Below, piece after piece: positions 10,944 to 22,068 of a DNA stretch of 64,000 nucleotides (its first letter is position 1; each line of letters starts with the position of its first letter). This DNA comes from Gammaproteobacteria bacterium (GTDB lineage Bacteria; Pseudomonadota; Gammaproteobacteria; Ga0077536), in contig CAXXLL010000003.1 of assembly GCA_963662545.2 (NCBI GenBank), forward strand, positions 2,592,001 to 2,656,000, given 5' to 3'. A program made the position numbers and the translations under genes. Under the pieces are notes generated by a model that ran no database searches, was not told the origin of the DNA, and saw nothing but the letters and a program-made list of their open reading frames with translations.

Positions 10944-11540
10944 CTACTTCTGCTTCCAGGCTCCGCTCGCATCACGGTAATACCAGCCCCTGGTCGCTTT
11001 TGCGACCCAGCGTTGCGCGAACACCCCGCGGATCTGACCGACCCATTCCGGATGACCGTTGACGCGCGCGATCTCTTTATACAACCCTTCCCAATCCGCA
11101 TTTTGATCGGTGACGAGTTGGCGCACTGTATTACGCTGGGCCAGCGCGATGGCGTTGCGGTCGCGGATATCGAGCACGCCCGCGGCCGTGAGGCCGACAG
11201 CGCCTGCATCGAGATAAGGTTTGAGCTTGGGGAAGCGGGCCTTTAACGATTGCTCGAGCGCGCGCGTCGCAGGCGAGGAAGCGTCGAAATCAGCCTGAGC
11301 ATGGGCAACCGGTACCACGAAGTTCAGAAATCCAAACGCCGCGATCGCGAGGCCCGATGTCTTCTTGCGATCGAAATGAAGCCAGGCGCCCGATGCCTCG
11401 GCATCCTGCGCGCCACGTACTTCGTCGATGATCCGATCCGCCGCTTCTTGGGCTGCGGCTTCGGGAAAATAAATATTGATGGTCACACAACCGGCCAGAA
11501 GCACGGCCGCGCAGGCAAACAATAATCTACATCGTGTCAT
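10944..11540 (-). CDS. YdbL/DUF1318 family lipoprotein
   Basis: LLAGCVTINIYFPEAAA lipobox, GAVGLT..G, LYKEIARVNG and C-terminal GWYYRD..G.W.QK. Confidence 0.8.
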   Translation of the reverse strand: MTRCRLLFACAAVLLAGCVTINIYFPEAAAQEAADRIIDEVRGAQDAEASGAWLHFDRKKTSGLAIAAFGFLNFVVPVAHAQADFDASSPATRALEQSLKARFPKLKPYLDAGAVGLTAAGVLDIRDRNAIALAQRNTVRQLVTDQNADWEGLYKEIARVNGHPEWVGQIRGVFAQRWVAKATRGWYYRDASGAWKQK

Positions 11541-11626
11541 AGCTGAATCTTCCGTCACTAAATCGCGCATCAAACGCCGATTTACGATACTAATTCTTAA
11601 GACCGTCGATCGCCCGGGGGGTTCGC

Positions 11627-13687
11627 CTACTCGATATTCAATTGCCCTTCCTCGAGCGCCTGCTTCAGTTGGCTCATCAGGCGCGACCAATTGACCGCAC
11701 GCACGCGGCCGATGAGATCAAGCCGCGGCAGCAGGCTGCCCTTGACGATATAGTAACCCGCGTCCGCGGCTTCGATACCGTCCATGTGGCAGATGTCGCT
11801 TTCGAGCCGGCACGAAATCCCGAGACGATCGTAGGGAAAATCCTTGAACACGCTCAAGAAGGTGCTGGACAGCACCGTACCGCTCCCCCCGGCAACTTTC
11901 GAGATCGTACCGATCGCGCGCTGAGAGATGCGGTGCTTGGAGCGATCATTCTCGGGGGTTCGAAAACTCGCATTGAAGGCGATTGGCTCGCCCTTTAACA
12001 TCTTGAGATCTTCGATGTCACCATCGAGCCTACCTGCCACACTGCCGAATGAAAACACTTCCGTCACGAGACCGAGATCGAGGTTACGCAGACGTATCGT
12101 CGCGGAGACGGCGGGTACGATACCGAACGGTCGTTCGATCCTGAGATCCTCGATCGTGACATCGCCATCGAACGCGCGCGCCTCGAGCGTACCGCCGAGC
12201 GTGACCACGCCTTGCCGGTAGCTCAAAAGCGGCAGTCTTCCGGAAAGCGTTCCGGCGAACGCCGGCCAGCCGAGTGCAACCGTCAATTGCCGCAGCTCGA
12301 TCGGTTTGAGATCCGCCTCGAAATCAAACGTTATATCGTCGCTGTCCCAGTCGCTTACCTTGAACGCCTTGATGTCGAGCGCGCCCCCCAGCGCCGGAAT
12401 CCTGGCCGGTTCGGTGAGTTCCGCCCCTGTCCCAGCGATCCGTAGTTGCAAGGCCGAAGCGTCGAAACCCGCGCCATAGACGAACCCGCCGTCGAAAGCG
12501 AAGCGGCTCAAAGCCGCATCTGCAGCGTCACGACGCCAGTCGAGATTGCCGCGCGCGCCGTACATTGCAAAACGTCCATCGGCATCTTCGAGGTTGAGCG
12601 TCTTCACTTCGAGCGACAAGCCGACCGGTTGGTCCTGCTCGATCTCGATGCGCCCTTTCAATTTACCTTCGGTATCGAGACGATCGAACGGCGTTCCGAC
12701 CAGGAAGCCTTTTAGATAGGTGTCATACGCCACGGGGAAACGCGCGCTTTCGATCTCGACGACAGCGTGCTCCAAGCGTTTATCTCATGAGGACACGAGA
12801 CGACCGCTCAAGGTGATGACTTCCGGTTGCGTAACGTGGAAACGCGGTATTTCGATACGGCCGGCGACAGGTTCGATAATTGCGGAGGCAGTGAGAACGA
12901 GCGGATGTTCGGAAAAGTCGACGTATACGGGTTCGGCGTATACGCCGCCTGTACCGATCTTGATTTTCACGTCCGTCTCCCACGCGCCCTCTGCGGATCC
13001 GCTGGCCACTTCAATATCGAGATCCATATTCAAGGCTTCGGCAGCGAAACGTCCGGTGGGATCGTTGAAGGCGAGATCTCTTACCGCCGCATGCCCTTCG
13101 GCTCGGATGGCACCATCAGGTGCAAAACGCCATCTGGAATCGAAGTCGAGCGACCCTGTATCGACTGTGATATCACGCGCGCTGTCCAAAGCCTCATCGA
13201 GATCCCGGGCCACGGCGCTTAAGGCCAAACTTGCACCACGCAGCTCGAACCTAAGTCCCGCGCCGCCGATCCGACCTTTGATCCGAACCTGACCGTCTGC
13301 GTACGGGATCGCCGGCAGATCGAAGTCGAGCCGCCTGTCAAACACCCGGTAAGTAAAGCCCAGTGCGAATTCGACGTACGCTTTATTAACCGTCCCGCTG
13401 AGTTTTCCTTCAGCGCACTCGAACCGGCGAGGTGTGATCTGGATTCGCCCGCATCGAATGACAAGGCGTTCGAGTTCGCCCAAGGGTGCGGGCAAGCTTG
13501 CGCGCGCAATGTCGAGTTCGGCCGTAGGTCCGCCTGCTGCCCCGAAATCGACGGCCAGCCGGAACATGTCGAGAGACCAGTTCGGCCCTTTAACCGATTC
13601 GATCGTGATCACACTCGGTTCTGCGCCATGCGCCAGATGAGCACCTAAGGCAAGCACCAGTAAGAATTTCGGCAGCAAGTGGTTCAC
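11627..13687 (-). pseudogene. YdbH-like intermembrane lipid-transport protein interrupted by one in-frame TGA
   Basis: ORFs 12785-13687 and 11627-12775 are in the same frame and are joined as ...VSS*DKRLEHA (TGA at 12785-12787). C-terminus has RISQRAI and FPYDRLGISC; adjacent to the ydbL-like gene. Confidence 0.75.
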
Positions 13688-13780
13688 TGGGTTTCCACAG
13701 AGCGTGGCACCGTGGGGACATTATCACCCGGTACTTTCGGTTTCTCGTAAAAAACAATCAGGGCATTAAAAAACGATCGC

Positions 13781-14713
13781 CTATCGTTTAGGCCGTCTCA
13801 CGCGATAACCGAGACGCGGAAAATGCACGCAGACCTCGTCTACGCGATCGTTGGAGATGCGAATGGACACCCGGCGTTCATCGATCGAGGCCAGGATGCC
13901 GGACGCGGGCGATCGTTCGCCCAGCGGCTCGACGATTACTTCATCACCAACCGCGATGTCTTCGGGGGCCTGATAGTCCGGCTTTTCGATCGAGAGCGGT
14001 TCCGCCGCGCGCGCCCGATCGAGCGCCGCCTGCGCGGAGAGATCTAGCGGGCGTCCATGGCCCAGATTGCGCACGCGCTCCATCCACGCGCGCGTCTTCG
14101 GCAGCCGGTCCAAACCTTTGCTAGGCCCGCCCATCGTCTCGAGAAACCAGGGCGCTTCGTAGATGACGATGTCCGCGAGGCTCACAACGTCGCCGAGGAC
14201 GTAGTCGTTGCCCGCGGACAGCAAGTCCTCGATGCGCTCGAGTTGCGGCCACATTTGCGCCCGGTATTTGGGCGCGGAGGCTTCGACCTGCTCGATGGTC
14301 GGTGCGGCCTTGCCGTGGAGCGCCGCGCGATCCCGGTGAAAAGCCTCCGGAAATCGCCGTGCGTTGCAACCCGAAACGTACAGGGCTACCGGCCACAGCA
14401 GCTGCGATTCGGCCCAAGCGGCAAGGGTCTCACACAGCGCCTGCATCCTTACCGGATCCGGACCCGGATATAGCGGCGGTTGCGGCTTGATTGAATCCAG
14501 CACCTCGACGATGAGCGCGGTATCACAATAGACGTCGGCGCCGATCTGCAGAGCCGGGGTGCGCCGGTAGCCGCCGGTCAGCGGTATGTAATCGGGTTTA
14601 GGAGGATAGGCCGGAATCTCGACGGAGAACCAGTCGAGATCCTTCAACCCCATGACGAGCCGGACTTTCTCGGAGAAATTCGAGAAGTCATAGTGATGAA
14701 GGATCAGATCCAT
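13781..14713 (-). CDS. Glutathione S-transferase family protein
   Basis: MDLILHHYDFSNFSEKVRL...LTGGYRRTPALQIGADVYCDT...VHFPRLGY; ATG at 14713. Confidence 0.92.
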   Translation of the reverse strand: MDLILHHYDFSNFSEKVRLVMGLKDLDWFSVEIPAYPPKPDYIPLTGGYRRTPALQIGADVYCDTALIVEVLDSIKPQPPLYPGPDPVRMQALCETLAAWAESQLLWPVALYVSGCNARRFPEAFHRDRAALHGKAAPTIEQVEASAPKYRAQMWPQLERIEDLLSAGNDYVLGDVVSLADIVIYEAPWFLETMGGPSKGLDRLPKTRAWMERVRNLGHGRPLDLSAQAALDRARAAEPLSIEKPDYQAPEDIAVGDEVIVEPLGERSPASGILASIDERRVSIRISNDRVDEVCVHFPRLGYRVRRPKR

Positions 14714-15211
14714 AAGTTTATGTTCACTGATATTCGAAAGGATTATGGAATTTTTGGAACACGCTGGACGATTGGTCTTTCTGCGCACCTCGCTTCCGAC
14801 AATCGAAGCGCAGCTTGTCGACACATTAAGCCCTAAGCGCCCACCATTGGAGATGTGGGTCCAGGGAAGCTCCTGCTATCGGAATTATACGAGCGGTATC
14901 TATCGGCGTGTTACCGCTACATCGAACTTAATCCGTTAGCCGCCAATAGGGTGCAACACCCAGGTGACTATCGCTGGTCCAGCTACCATCACAACGCCTT
15001 GGGTGATCGGCGTAGACGATGAATATCGCCGCAACACATGCAGCGCATTATTCGCAACTGCCCTAGCTCAAGAAAAACTTCACGCCATTCGAATTGCCGC
15101 GTGGTGTTCTCTACCGATTGGTGATTTCCGCTTCAACGCGAAGATGGATAAAGCCTTAAGTCGTTCTACTGGGCAGGCAAAAAGAGGAAGGCCGTGCCGA
15201 GGGGGCCGTCG

Positions 15212-15257
15212 AAAGGGTCGGCGAATGAGAATAAGAACCATTTGTCACCGACCCTTT
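15212..15257. terminator. Inverted repeat, possible terminator, just downstream of the LamG gene
   Basis: AAAGGGTCGG...CCGACCCTTT, with a long loop. Confidence 0.4.
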
Positions 15258-16012
15258 TAAATTCTTTCGATACGGCGATAAAACGTTAATCCAAAAAGCG
15301 AGGAAAGCAGAAGAACGAGGGCAGGAGGAGCAGGAACTGCAGCAAGCGCCTGCACTTCCTCGAGGCTCAGGGCGTGATCATAGACGCGTAAATCGTCGAT
15401 CGCGCCGGCGAAATTTTTTCCGAAAGTTTCGTGACTGCCGATCGTCAACGTGCCATCGTCCCCCAAGCTTTGGCCCAGTTCCTCCCCATTGAATGTCTGC
15501 ACGCCATTAAGATAAAAAGCGTAATTAGAACCGTCGCTGGTCAGCGCGACATGCTGCCAGCTCCCCTGATTAGTTGCGTCGAAGTCGTGGTAGGTGAACC
15601 CCCAGTAATCGAGACGGTACTGATTCGCGTTGATGTACAGATTAAAATTCTGCAGTTTGGCATTCGCACCATATTGAAGCACCCTGTGATCGGAGCCCGG
15701 GTTATCTCCCGGATTGATCCAAAGCGAGTAGGACATTGCCGAACTTCCAATCGGGAAACCTGCCGTTGGAGTAGAAATGTAATCACCGCTGCCATCGAAT
15801 GCATAGGCGCTGTCTGGATTTCCGAAGCGGTCCGAAGTAAGACTGGTATCACCGATTATCGTGCCGTGATTCGCATTGCCGCTCGAATCGTTCGCATTAC
15901 CGTCGAATGACCAGGATCCGATGAGCGCTGATTGTGCCGAGAGCGGGAATAAAGCAAGAAGTGCGACGATGACTGCTACTTTGCAATGCATTTGTTCAAA
16001 CCATTTATTCAT
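15257..16012 (-). CDS. LamG-like jellyroll protein with a PEP-CTERM-like sorting tail
   Basis: Signal peptide; WSFDGNAND.SGN.NHG, DRFGNPDSAYAFDG, WQHVALT and GAIDDLRVYDHALS; tail VPAPPALVLLLSSLFGLTFYRR. ATG overlaps the upstream stop. Confidence 0.85.
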   Translation of the reverse strand: MNKWFEQMHCKVAVIVALLALFPLSAQSALIGSWSFDGNANDSSGNANHGTIIGDTSLTSDRFGNPDSAYAFDGSGDYISTPTAGFPIGSSAMSYSLWINPGDNPGSDHRVLQYGANAKLQNFNLYINANQYRLDYWGFTYHDFDATNQGSWQHVALTSDGSNYAFYLNGVQTFNGEELGQSLGDDGTLTIGSHETFGKNFAGAIDDLRVYDHALSLEEVQALAAVPAPPALVLLLSSLFGLTFYRRIERI

Positions 16013-19000
16013 TGCATATTCCTCCGTCGCAGGATGGATAGCCCGATCATCGCGCTGCCGAACAACCACACCGCCGGCGGCAGCGGTACCGCCGAATTCA
16101 ACGGCGCCAATACACCTGTGCCGTTCAGCGCATAGATCAGACCGCCGAGATAGGCATTGCCCGCGAGCGCCATGTCGTAATAGATGTCGAAGTCAGAGAA
16201 GATGTAATTCACCTCCATCGCGAGGTCGTCGACGCCATCGGCGAGGTTCACGAACCCGGCGTAGACGGCACCACCACTGGTCGCGTTGCCATCAAACAGC
16301 GTCAGTCCGACGCCCGCTTCCAGGGTCAAAATGCCCCACGCGAAGTTGTCGACGTAGCCAAGCAGGCTCGCACCTAAATCAGTACCACCGATATGCATTT
16401 CCTGGATGGTGCCATGAAACACGAGTTCGGCTGCGCTCGTTTCCCAGCCGGTGTTATTCAATGAGTGGTTTTCATAGTTACCGGAGACGAGAAAGCGATC
16501 GCCGACACCGCCGATGAGCGTTCCGGGGTCATTGACGATGAGATCGGTAAAAAAATTGTCCGCGGGATCGGAAATGAACGTGCCCGAATTGTTCAGGCCG
16601 CCGAGAAACCGCAAGGTCGCCTCGGTATTCTTGATCACACCCGTCACGCTGTTGGTGACCTCGTTGAAGAACGTCGTCGTGTTACTCGTCGCGGAGAGTT
16701 GTGCGTTGTTGAGTACGGTGCCGAAAACCTCGGCATCACCATCGGCAAAGTGCACCGTGTCATCATTGGTCAACCCGCCCGTGCGCAGCGTGCCATGCCC
16801 GAGCACGCTTCCCGCGTTGGTCATGGCGTTGCCGCCGTTGTCGAAGGTGCCGCCGGTGAGCGCTATCGTGCCGCTGTTCGTTGCGAGACCCTGGCTGTAG
16901 AACACCTCGCTAGCCGTGCCAGCCTGGATGGATCCGGTGTTGCTGCTGCCCGCACCTGACAACGTCAACTTGCCACCTTCGGCGCGCACGGTGCCGGCGT
17001 TGATCAACGTATTAGTCACGCGGCCAACGCCGCTGACAGTGCCGGTGTTGGATAGTGCGCCACCCGATAGCGTCGCGTTATTGCCCTTCAGCACCACGGT
17101 GCCGGAGCTTGCGAAGCCATTGAAAGCATTGATGCTGCTGCCGTCCTCGATGCGCACCTCGCCGCCGTTGATGTTGCCGCCGAAGAAGGTGGCAATCAGC
17201 AGGTTGCCGCCGCTATTGGCGTGCACCAGGCCGCCGTCATTAGTCAAGCCGGAGAAGAGGGTGCCGTTGCCGCGCACTATGCCGCCGGCCTGGTTATTCA
17301 GATCGCCCGAGCCTTCGACCGCCCCACCGGCCAGTTCGATGACCCCGGAATTGAAGACGCCGCCGTCGGCACTGAGCGCGCCGCCGTCGAGCTTGGCCGT
17401 ACCGAGGTTTTGCATCGAACCGTCGACGTGCAGGCTCTCGGTGGTCTGCACGGTGAGCTGGCCGGTGTTGGAAAACAGCCCCGTCACGGTCAGCAGGCCG
17501 GTGGTATTTAGCGTGCCGTTGTTCACCAACTGCAGCGCGTCCACGGTGCCGCGCGCATTCATCTGCGCACCGAATTCGTTTTGCAGGGTTATGCCGGTGT
17601 TGATGGTGCCGCCATTCATGTTCAGCGTGTCGAGGTTACTCAGGAGACCGCTGAAACCCAGAACGGCCCCAGCGTTGACGGTCATCGTGCCCTGGTTATC
17701 GACCGTACCGGCGACATTGACGATGGCGTCAAAGGTGGCGGAACCGGTGTTGGTCAGCGAGCCGAGGTTCAGGGTGCCGGCGTCCTGGTTCAGGGTGCCG
17801 GCGTTGCTGGCGGCCCCGGCGCTGAACGTGCCGCCCTCCTGGTCGAGTTGCCCCAGCACGCCTATGGTGAGCCCGTTGGCGACCGTGATATCACCGCCGC
17901 CGTTCATGCGCAGGGTCGCAATACCACTGACCTTCGCGTTGATATCGAGCGAGGAGACGTTAACCGAGCCGGCCGGGCCATTGACCGTGCCACCACCAGC
18001 GCGGTCAATGAACACCTTATGCGGGTCGCCGGGATTGAGACCGACCGTCCAGTTGTTGCCGGTGTCCCAGTCATCGAAGCTGTCACCGCGCCAGTGGAGG
18101 TCCGGCGTGAAGAGGAAGATCCCGTCTAAGCCGTTCGCGCGAAAGCCTCGATAAGCAACCTGGCCGAAGTCATTGAGTGTGACCTCACTGAAAGCAGTTG
18201 CCACGCTGCCCGCCAGGTCATCGCCTTCGCGCACGACCTGTAAGGTCTCGATGCCGTCGCCCAGGAAAACGCCGTTGTCGTCACTGAAGCCACCGCTCGT
18301 GCCGGTCATGAATTCAGACTCGAAAGCGACCTGGCCGCTCGTGTTCAAGTTGATATCGCTAAAACCGCCGAATAAGCCGTTGCCGCCGGGCGCCGCCTGG
18401 CCCTCCCGCGCAATCTCGGTCACCGCTCCGCCGCTACCGCGGAATACGCCGTTGTTGTCACTGGAGCCACCGCTCGTGCCGGTCATGGAGAATGACTCGA
18501 AAGCGACCTGGCCGCTCGTGTTCAGGTTGATTTTGCTAAAAAAGCCGAATAAGCCGTTGCCGCCGGGCGCCGCCTGGCCCTTCCGCGCAATCTCGGTCAC
18601 CGCCCCGCCGCTACCGCGGAATACGCCGTCGTTGTCACTGCCGCCGCCGCTCGTGCCAGTCATGCTGAACGACCGGAACGCGACCAGGCCGCTCGTGTTC
18701 AGGTTGATTTCGTCAAAACCGCCGAATAAGCCGTTGCCGCCGGGCGCCGCCTGGCCCTTCCGCGCAATCTCGGTCACCGCCCCGCCGCTACCGCGGAATA
18801 CGCCGTCGTTGTCACTGAAGCCACCGCTCGTGCCAGTCATGCTGAACGACCGGAACGCGACCAGGCCGCTCGTGTTCAGGTTGATTTTGCTAAAAAAGCC
18901 GAAAAAGCCGTTGCCGCCGGGAACCGCCTGGCCCTCCCGTGCAATCTCGGTCACCGCCCCGCCGATACCGCGGAATAGGCCGTCGTTGTCACTGAAGCCA

Positions 19001-19282
19001 CCGCTCGTGCCAGTCATGTTGAACGACCGGAACGCGACCTGGCCGCTCGTGTTCAGGTTGACGTCGTTAAAATCGCCGAACAAGCCGTTGCCGCCGGGCG
19101 CCGCCTGGCCCTTCCGCGCAATCTCGGTCACCGCCCCGCCGCTGCCGCGGAATAGCACAATGGACCTTCGTGTTCATGGTTTGGGTCTTACCGTCCGCAC
19201 CGACCGGCTGCGCGCAAACCAATACGACCGCAAGCACGATGAATAAGAGCTTTGTTCGAAGCGTAATCATTTGCATATACAT
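16009..19282 (-). pseudogene. Large surface protein (NxxGxVAF beta-propeller repeats, Gly/Asn-rich beta-helix, VPLPx-CTERM tail); signal peptide out of frame
   Basis: Body ORF 16009-19158 ends VPLPPAVWLFGSAMIGLSILRRR. The signal peptide (ATG 19282, RBS GGAGG) is in another frame and joins near 19160-19180. Confidence 0.75.
18274..19158 (-). repeat. Five tandem 177-bp (59-aa) intragenic repeats
   Basis: CCGTTGCCGCCGGG recurs at 18377, 18554, 18731, 18908 and 19085, an exact 177-bp period. Confidence 0.97.
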
Positions 19283-19555
19283 GGCTTACCTCCGCCGGTA
19301 GTCACCGACAAAATCGTCTTGCTCAATCTCATGCCGAAGTACTCATTATCGGTAGCGGGATGCGCTAACCTGTCGGGACAAAGCCCGCGCATAGAGCTGT
19401 TGTAAACGTCTTTACGCACATCGAACCAGTCCAAAAGGACTGGTCTCAACGCGATCGGCGGGATTAGGATTGTGACGGAGTTCACATGATGGCCTTGCGA
19501 CCGCGCGATGAGTTTTACAATATCGAACGAGATCCAACATGAGCGATTGCACGCG

Positions 19556-20200
19556 ATGAAGGTGCTGGTCGTCGACGATCACCCGCTGTTCTTAAGCGGG
19601 ATCCGCGGCGTACTCGAGGGCCTTGCGGACGACGTCTGCGTGCTCGAAGCGGGGTCGGCCGAGGACGCTATCGCGCACATCGAGCGCGCGCCGGACATCG
19701 ACTTCATCTGCCTCGATCTGCAGCTACCGGGACTGAACGGCATTGAGTTTCTGGCGGAATTGCGCAAACGGCGGGTGCCGGCACCCGTGGTGATCCTGTC
19801 TGCGCTGGAGTCGCCCGGTATCATTCACCGTGCGCTCAAAGCGGGTGCGAACGGTTACATCTCTAAGGCCACCGCGCGCGACGAGTTGGAAGTAGGACTC
19901 GCCGCAATCGCGCGTTCAGGTCATTACGTGTCGCCCATGCTGCGGCGCCCCCTGGATAGTTTCCGGGCCGGTATCGGGCCGGCCGGCGACGGTGGCGTCA
20001 ACCTGACGCGACGCCAGCGACAAATCCTCGATTTGCTCGCATCCGGTCTCAGTAATGTCGAGATTGCCGGTCAGCTCAACGTTGCGGAGAGTACGGTCAA
20101 GGGCCATCTTGCAACGCTCTATGCGGTGCTGAATGCGGAAACCCGTACCGCCTGTCTGGCCGAGGCGCGCCGGTTGGGTTTACTGGAAGATAAGCTGTGA
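19556..20200 (+). CDS. NarL/LuxR-family response regulator
   Basis: VLVVDDHPLF, LDLQLPG, GANGYISK and HTH LTRRQ...GLSN.EIA..L.VAESTVKGH. Confidence 0.93.
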   Translation: MKVLVVDDHPLFLSGIRGVLEGLADDVCVLEAGSAEDAIAHIERAPDIDFICLDLQLPGLNGIEFLAELRKRRVPAPVVILSALESPGIIHRALKAGANGYISKATARDELEVGLAAIARSGHYVSPMLRRPLDSFRAGIGPAGDGGVNLTRRQRQILDLLASGLSNVEIAGQLNVAESTVKGHLATLYAVLNAETRTACLAEARRLGLLEDKL

Positions 20201-20207
20201 GACTTAG

Positions 20208-21926
20208 TCAGACGAGCTCGCGCACGACTTTCATGAGGTGGGGGATCTTGACCGGCTTGTGCAGGACATAGAGGCCCAACCGCTCTGCTTCTTCGCGCAG
20301 ATGCGCGTGTGTATCCCCGGTCATGATCAGCGCGGGCAGCTCCGGATCGATCGCGGCGCGCAGTCGCTCGATCGCTTCCAGGCCGGTCCGTCCATCGCGC
20401 AGGCGATAATCGCAAATCAAGATGTCGGGCGGCCGCGAGATTTCTTTCAACAACTGTAAGGCTTCTTCGTCGTCAGCCGCGGCGGTGACTTCGCAGCCGC
20501 TGTCGCTCAACAAGGTCGCCATGCCCTTGCGGATCTGTGCCTCGTCGTCGATGACGACGACATGCAATCCCGCAATCCCGGCGGACTCCTCCGGTGCCGC
20601 CGGGAGCACGACTCTCTCCGCATCACCCTGAGGTACCACGACGCTAAAGGTCGAGCCACGACCTAAGGTGGATTCGACGACAAGCGGATGCGCCAGCAGC
20701 TTGCAGGTGCGGCGCACCACGGATAGCCCGAGCCCGAGACCTTTGGACCGATCGCGCTCAGGATTTTCCAGCTGGTGATATTCGTCGAAGATCCGGTCGA
20801 GATCGGATTCGGGAATGCCGTGGCCGGTATCTATGACGCGGATTATCGTTTCGTCCGTCGTTGATTTAATCTCGAGAGAAACCTTTCCGCTATCGGTGTA
20901 CTTAATGGCGTTGGATAGCAGGTTACGCAGCACGCGTTCGAGCAAAACGGGATCGGAATGGATGACGGCTTGAGTATTCCCGTATTCGTATTTGAATTCG
21001 ATGCCTTTGCTTTCCGCCATGTGCCTGAATTCGGGCACCAGGCGCGCTAACAACTCGTCGATCGGGAGATGCATCCATTCGGGTTCGATGGCCCCTGCGT
21101 CGAGACGGGAGATCTCCAGTAGCGCTCCGAACATATCCTCGAGTGCAGTGTAGGCGTTGTCGATGTCATCGATCAGCTCGCGATTGCGCTCGCCGAGCGC
21201 TTCGCGATCCAGCGATCCCAGAAATAAACCCATGGCATACAAGGGCTGGCGCAGGTCGTGGCTGACCGCTGCGAGAAAGCCCGATTTCTCCACGTTGGCG
21301 CGCTCTGCGGCTTCTTTGGCGATTGTCACCTCGTCGAGCAGACGGGCGTTTTCAATGTCACGGGTGATCGAATTCGTGATCGCGGCGCTTAGGTTGCGTC
21401 CGAAGAAGAGGATGATCGTCAGGAAGAACAGGGCCAGCCCGGCGAATACGTTCGTGACCGGTTCACCGAACAGTACGAGCTTGAACGCGAGCGGAACGAA
21501 GATCGGCACGACGAACGCGGCGAACGCTCCGTAATGCGGGCAGAGCGCGGGCAAAGCACCCGTACCGATTCCCATCAAGACGGCCAGCATAAAGATGAGC
21601 TGGAGCAGGTGGGTGGAATCGAGGAAGAGCATCGCCCCCGCACCCCAGATGGCGCCACCCATTGCCGCGTAAAACATAAACTGAAGCATCCAGCGCTGGA
21701 GCTTGTGCGGATCCTCGGGTTGCTCGCGGTTAAAGCGCCGCCAGTCCCAGAGGCGGACTGCAGCGAGGAGGTAGTTGCTCGCGCACCATGCGATGATTTG
21801 ACCGTGGGGAAAGACGTTCCATAGCACGGCGCCGCATACGGTCATCACGGTCAGATTGCCGAACCACGTCACCGGCCGCTGCCGGGACAACATGTAAGCG
21901 CGAGCTCGAGTAATTCCTGGATCCAT
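20208..21926 (-). CDS. Membrane-bound hybrid sensor histidine kinase with receiver domain
   Basis: Multiple TM helices; H-box SHDLRQP, NLLSNAIKYT, DTGHGI and GLGLGL; C-terminal REC domain. Confidence 0.93.
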   Translation of the reverse strand: MDPGITRARAYMLSRQRPVTWFGNLTVMTVCGAVLWNVFPHGQIIAWCASNYLLAAVRLWDWRRFNREQPEDPHKLQRWMLQFMFYAAMGGAIWGAGAMLFLDSTHLLQLIFMLAVLMGIGTGALPALCPHYGAFAAFVVPIFVPLAFKLVLFGEPVTNVFAGLALFFLTIILFFGRNLSAAITNSITRDIENARLLDEVTIAKEAAERANVEKSGFLAAVSHDLRQPLYAMGLFLGSLDREALGERNRELIDDIDNAYTALEDMFGALLEISRLDAGAIEPEWMHLPIDELLARLVPEFRHMAESKGIEFKYEYGNTQAVIHSDPVLLERVLRNLLSNAIKYTDSGKVSLEIKSTTDETIIRVIDTGHGIPESDLDRIFDEYHQLENPERDRSKGLGLGLSVVRRTCKLLAHPLVVESTLGRGSTFSVVVPQGDAERVVLPAAPEESAGIAGLHVVVIDDEAQIRKGMATLLSDSGCEVTAAADDEEALQLLKEISRPPDILICDYRLRDGRTGLEAIERLRAAIDPELPALIMTGDTHAHLREEAERLGLYVLHKPVKIPHLMKVVRELV

Positions 21927-22068
21927 GGCCAAAGCGATGTTCTATGGATTAAGGGCGAGTTTAAGACGAAGCGATCCCTTCGGGTCGGTGCAGCGGCCGA
22001 GCAAGTGCCACGCGCGTGGTCGATCCCACAATGCACTCATTACATTCTAAGGTGGAAAGGGTCAGGCG

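Noticed and set aside
12785-12787. Selenocysteine or stop-codon reassignment
   Set aside because: There is no redox-motif context, TGA terminates many normal genes here, and the pseudogene stops include all three codons.
18274-19158. CRISPR array or DGR variable region
   Set aside because: The repeats are in-frame coding units with no unique spacers. No cas, reverse transcriptase or template repeat is in the window, and several changes are not adenine-specific.
16916-19246. Long plus-strand ORFs of 412 and 357 aa
   Set aside because: These are antisense shadows of the repetitive Gly/Asn-rich minus-strand gene.
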